Below, one piece after another: positions 61,122-64,000 of a stretch of DNA of 64,000 nucleotides. This stretch comes from Eledone cirrhosa (taxonomy: Eukaryota): positions 18,476,001 to 18,540,000 of the forward strand of contig OZ024749.1 in NCBI GenBank assembly GCA_964016885.1, in the 5' to 3' direction. The translations under genes and the position numbers were made by a program. The number at the start of each line of letters is the position of its first letter. The first letter of the stretch is position 1. A model generated the notes under the pieces. The model made no database searches. It worked only from the letters and a program-made list of their open reading frames with translations, and was not told the origin of the DNA.

Positions 61122-61137
61122 ATATAAATATATATAT

Positions 61138-61252
<115 letters not shown>

Positions 61253-61301
61253 AATATATATATAAATATATATATAAATATATATATAAATATATAAATA
61301 T

Positions 61302-61332
<31 letters not shown>

Positions 61333-61421
61333 AATATATATATAAATATATATATAAATATATATATAAATATATATATAAATATATATATAAATATATA
61401 TATAAATATATATATATATAA

Positions 61422-61496
<75 letters not shown>

Positions 61497-61517
61497 AATA
61501 TTTATATAAATATATAT

Positions 61518-61548
<31 letters not shown>

Positions 61549-61569
61549 AATATTTATATAAATATATAT

Positions 61570-61600
<31 letters not shown>

Positions 61601-61613
61601 AATATATATATAA

Positions 61614-61811
61614 AATAAAGTTAAATAAAAGTCAAATGATTAAAATTTAGCTTCGTTTATTACTGCTATATATATTTCAGTGACAGCCATCTTTGGCTGT
61701 GACCTCTTCAGGCAGTTTGAATTAGTATGGTATAGACAAGTACATATGTTGTTTAGGTGTATGATATTGTCAATACTCTGATATTATACAACCAACATAA
61801 ACTCAAAATCT
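61614..61811 (-). mobile_element. ~200-bp 3'-end fragment (family G) with HHR at 61662-61716
   Basis: Minus strand reads ACTGC-CTGAAGA-GGTCACAGCCAAAGATGGCTGTCACT-GAAA-TATATA-TA-GCAGT; flanked by (TA)n. Confidence 0.78.
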
Positions 61812-61851
61812 ATAAATATATATATATATATAAATATATATATAAATATAA

Positions 61852-61884
<33 letters not shown>

Positions 61885-61885
61885 A

Positions 61886-61936
<51 letters not shown>

Positions 61937-62169
61937 TATATATAAATATATATATATATATAAATATATATATAAATATATATATATTTATAAATATATA
62001 TATATATATATATATATGCAAAATATTTAAATTGTTGGGATACAACAAGCAAATATTTTTATAACTGATTTAAAGCACTCGACAAATATTTAGAATAGAT
62101 ATACGATATTAATAAATGGAAACTATATTTATAAAACCATATTTATTTCATTATATATATTTCAAGGAT

Positions 62170-62352
62170 GGTGGATTGGCAGTATCGGTAGAGGGTCGGA
62201 CGCCATGCTTTCCAGCATAGTTACGTCCCTTTACGATCTGAGTTCAAATCCCGCCATGGTTGACTTTGCCTTTCATCCTTACGGGGTCTATAAAATAAAG
62301 TACCAGTAATGCACTGGGTAATTGCTGGCTTTGTGCCTAAAGTAGAAACAAG
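62170..62352 (+). mobile_element. tRNA-derived SINE (octopus-type, with Nin/Deu-like central domain) with 18-bp TSD
   Basis: A-box-like TGGCAGTATCGG, B-box GAGTTCAAATCCC and GCCTTTCATCCTTACGGGGTC.ATAAA core. TSD TATATATATTTCAAGGAT at 62152-62169 and 62353-62370. Confidence 0.85.
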
Positions 62353-63687
62353 TATATATATTTCAAGGATACCAAGTTAGATTATCATTGTCATCAGACA
62401 AAATACAATATATAACTGTTTTATAAATAGACATTGACGTACCCCTTTAAAAATTGACCGTTGTTTCTGGAGACCATCAGGATAGTGATTTGTTTACTTT
62501 AGTAAGTCATAGTGTTAAGAGTAAGTAAAAAGATGGAGAGAGAGAGAGAAACGTGGAGAAAAGAAAGGGAGAGATATATAAAGAAAAAGAAGGAAGCAAA
62601 AAGAAAAGAGAACAGAGGAAAAATAACGGGGAGATATCAAACCATCAGACAGAGAAAAAATCCAGAGAGAGATATATAGAGATAGAGAGAGGGGGGAGAG
62701 AACGAAAACCTTAAGTTATGTCATATTAAGTTGAGTTAACAATTGGGATGAAAAGCATAAATAACATTAGAAATATTAATATTCATGAATGGAATATAGA
62801 TATATAATATGAGAAATTACACATTGTTTAATTATGATTAGATATTTAGTTTAAAATTGAGATCAATATATTAAAAATTGGAATTTAAACATTATAAAAT
62901 ATATATATTGCTAGAGAGATTATCTATCGCATATTACATACACATAGGCAAAGGTACATAAATATATATACACACTCACTCAGAAAATACACATTATATC
63001 TACTCCCGCACATAATATATATATACAAAGCATAAGTGATTTTTTATTTATTGCCATACATTCCCTGTGTTATTAATTAAAAATTAAAAGTTTTTAGTAT
63101 ATATATATAAATATATAGGATTAACTTTCATGCATTTATGGCTGTTAAGTTATGCATATCTGCAATCAAAAACTGCATGTGTAAGCCTGTACATTCACAT
63201 CCATAATTCTTAGCTATACATGAATAGATATGTGTGTGCATTTTCAATTGGTATACACGCGTCACTCATGCATATATATACAGACAGACATATAATCATA
63301 AAAAAGCATATAACACATGTATATGTATATCAACACACACATATAGATACATTAGCCGTATATAGATATACGTATACATCAACATATAACATAGTACAAT
63401 TGAGTATATAAAATACAAAAGGATTATATTTTGGAAATATAATTATATCAATATAACTTAAAAAGCAAACGAATTCTACAAATATCAAAATACTAAAATA
63501 TCCCAAAATATTATAGAATATTTTAAGTTAAAATAATATGTTTAATATATTTAGTATAGAAATTAATCTTACGTATATTTTAATCAAGATAGTGAAAGGA
63601 CAAACTTTTGAAAATTATGAGAAGCTATCAGAATAAAAAATAAATCTAATAAAAATTATGAGAAGCTATCAGAATAAAAACAAATCT

Positions 63688-63992
63688 AATAAAAATAAAA
63701 AATAAAAAATAAAAAATAAAAAATAAAAAATAAAAAATAAAAAATAAAAAATAAAAAATAAAAAATAAAAAATAAAAAATAAAAAATAAAAAATTAAAAA
63801 ATAAAAAATAAAAAATAAAAAATAAAAAATAAAAAATAAAAAATAAAAAATAAAAAATAAAAAATAAAAAATAAAAAATAAAAAATAAAAAATAAAAAAT
63901 AAAAAATAAAAAATAAAAAATAAAAAATAAATAAAAAATAAAAAATAAAAAATAAAAAATAAAAAATAAAAAATAAAAAATAAAAAATAAAA
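63688..63992 (+). repeat. (TAAAAAA)n heptamer microsatellite
   Basis: Direct reading; preceded by a ~40-bp tandem duplication (63612-63691). Confidence 0.95.
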
Positions 63993-64000
63993 TGAATCTA

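Larger units (their letters stand above)
62018..64000 (-). mobile_element. 3'UTR/pLTR of a family C-like PLE, probably continuing beyond the window
   Basis: 62018-62170 and 62371-62440 are homologous to 27670-27900; its HHR is split by a SINE. Confidence 0.7.

Noticed and set aside
62170-62260. tRNA gene
   Set aside because: Degenerate cloverleaf followed by a SINE body and flanked by a TSD, so it is a SINE head.
63688-63992. (TAAAAAA)n as a telomeric repeat
   Set aside because: It has no G-rich strand, is followed by non-repeat sequence and lies within a putative PLE UTR; similar A-rich runs occur in the UTRs of B and C.

Overview
AT-rich eukaryotic repeat DNA with no host genes. It is probably cephalopod/octopus, inferred from a tRNA-derived SINE and the compound (TA)/(CA) microsatellites. 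The backbone is a long (TA)n array interrupted by TAAA, into which many Penelope-like retroelements (PLEs: RT plus C-terminal GIY-YIG endonuclease) have inserted. These include Naiad-like families labelled here A, B, C and E (B has an intact ~829-aa ORF), one Neptune-like family D, several short 3'-end fragments, a CR1/L2-type LINE fragment and a SINE. Nearly every PLE 3' end carries a minimal type-I hammerhead ribozyme (HHR); at least 10 distinct HHR sequence types can be read directly. The most notable feature is two homologous non-coding ~470-bp tandem families (R1 9955-13697, R2 59655-61121) with one HHR per unit and a shared conserved ATGCAAAT hairpin. They show the same insertion signature as the autonomous PLEs: TA target, head-to-head inverted second arm, short target-site duplication. 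They look like non-autonomous retrozyme-like (circular RNA) elements mobilised by the neighbouring PLEs. Family labels are mine, and all structures were derived by eye.
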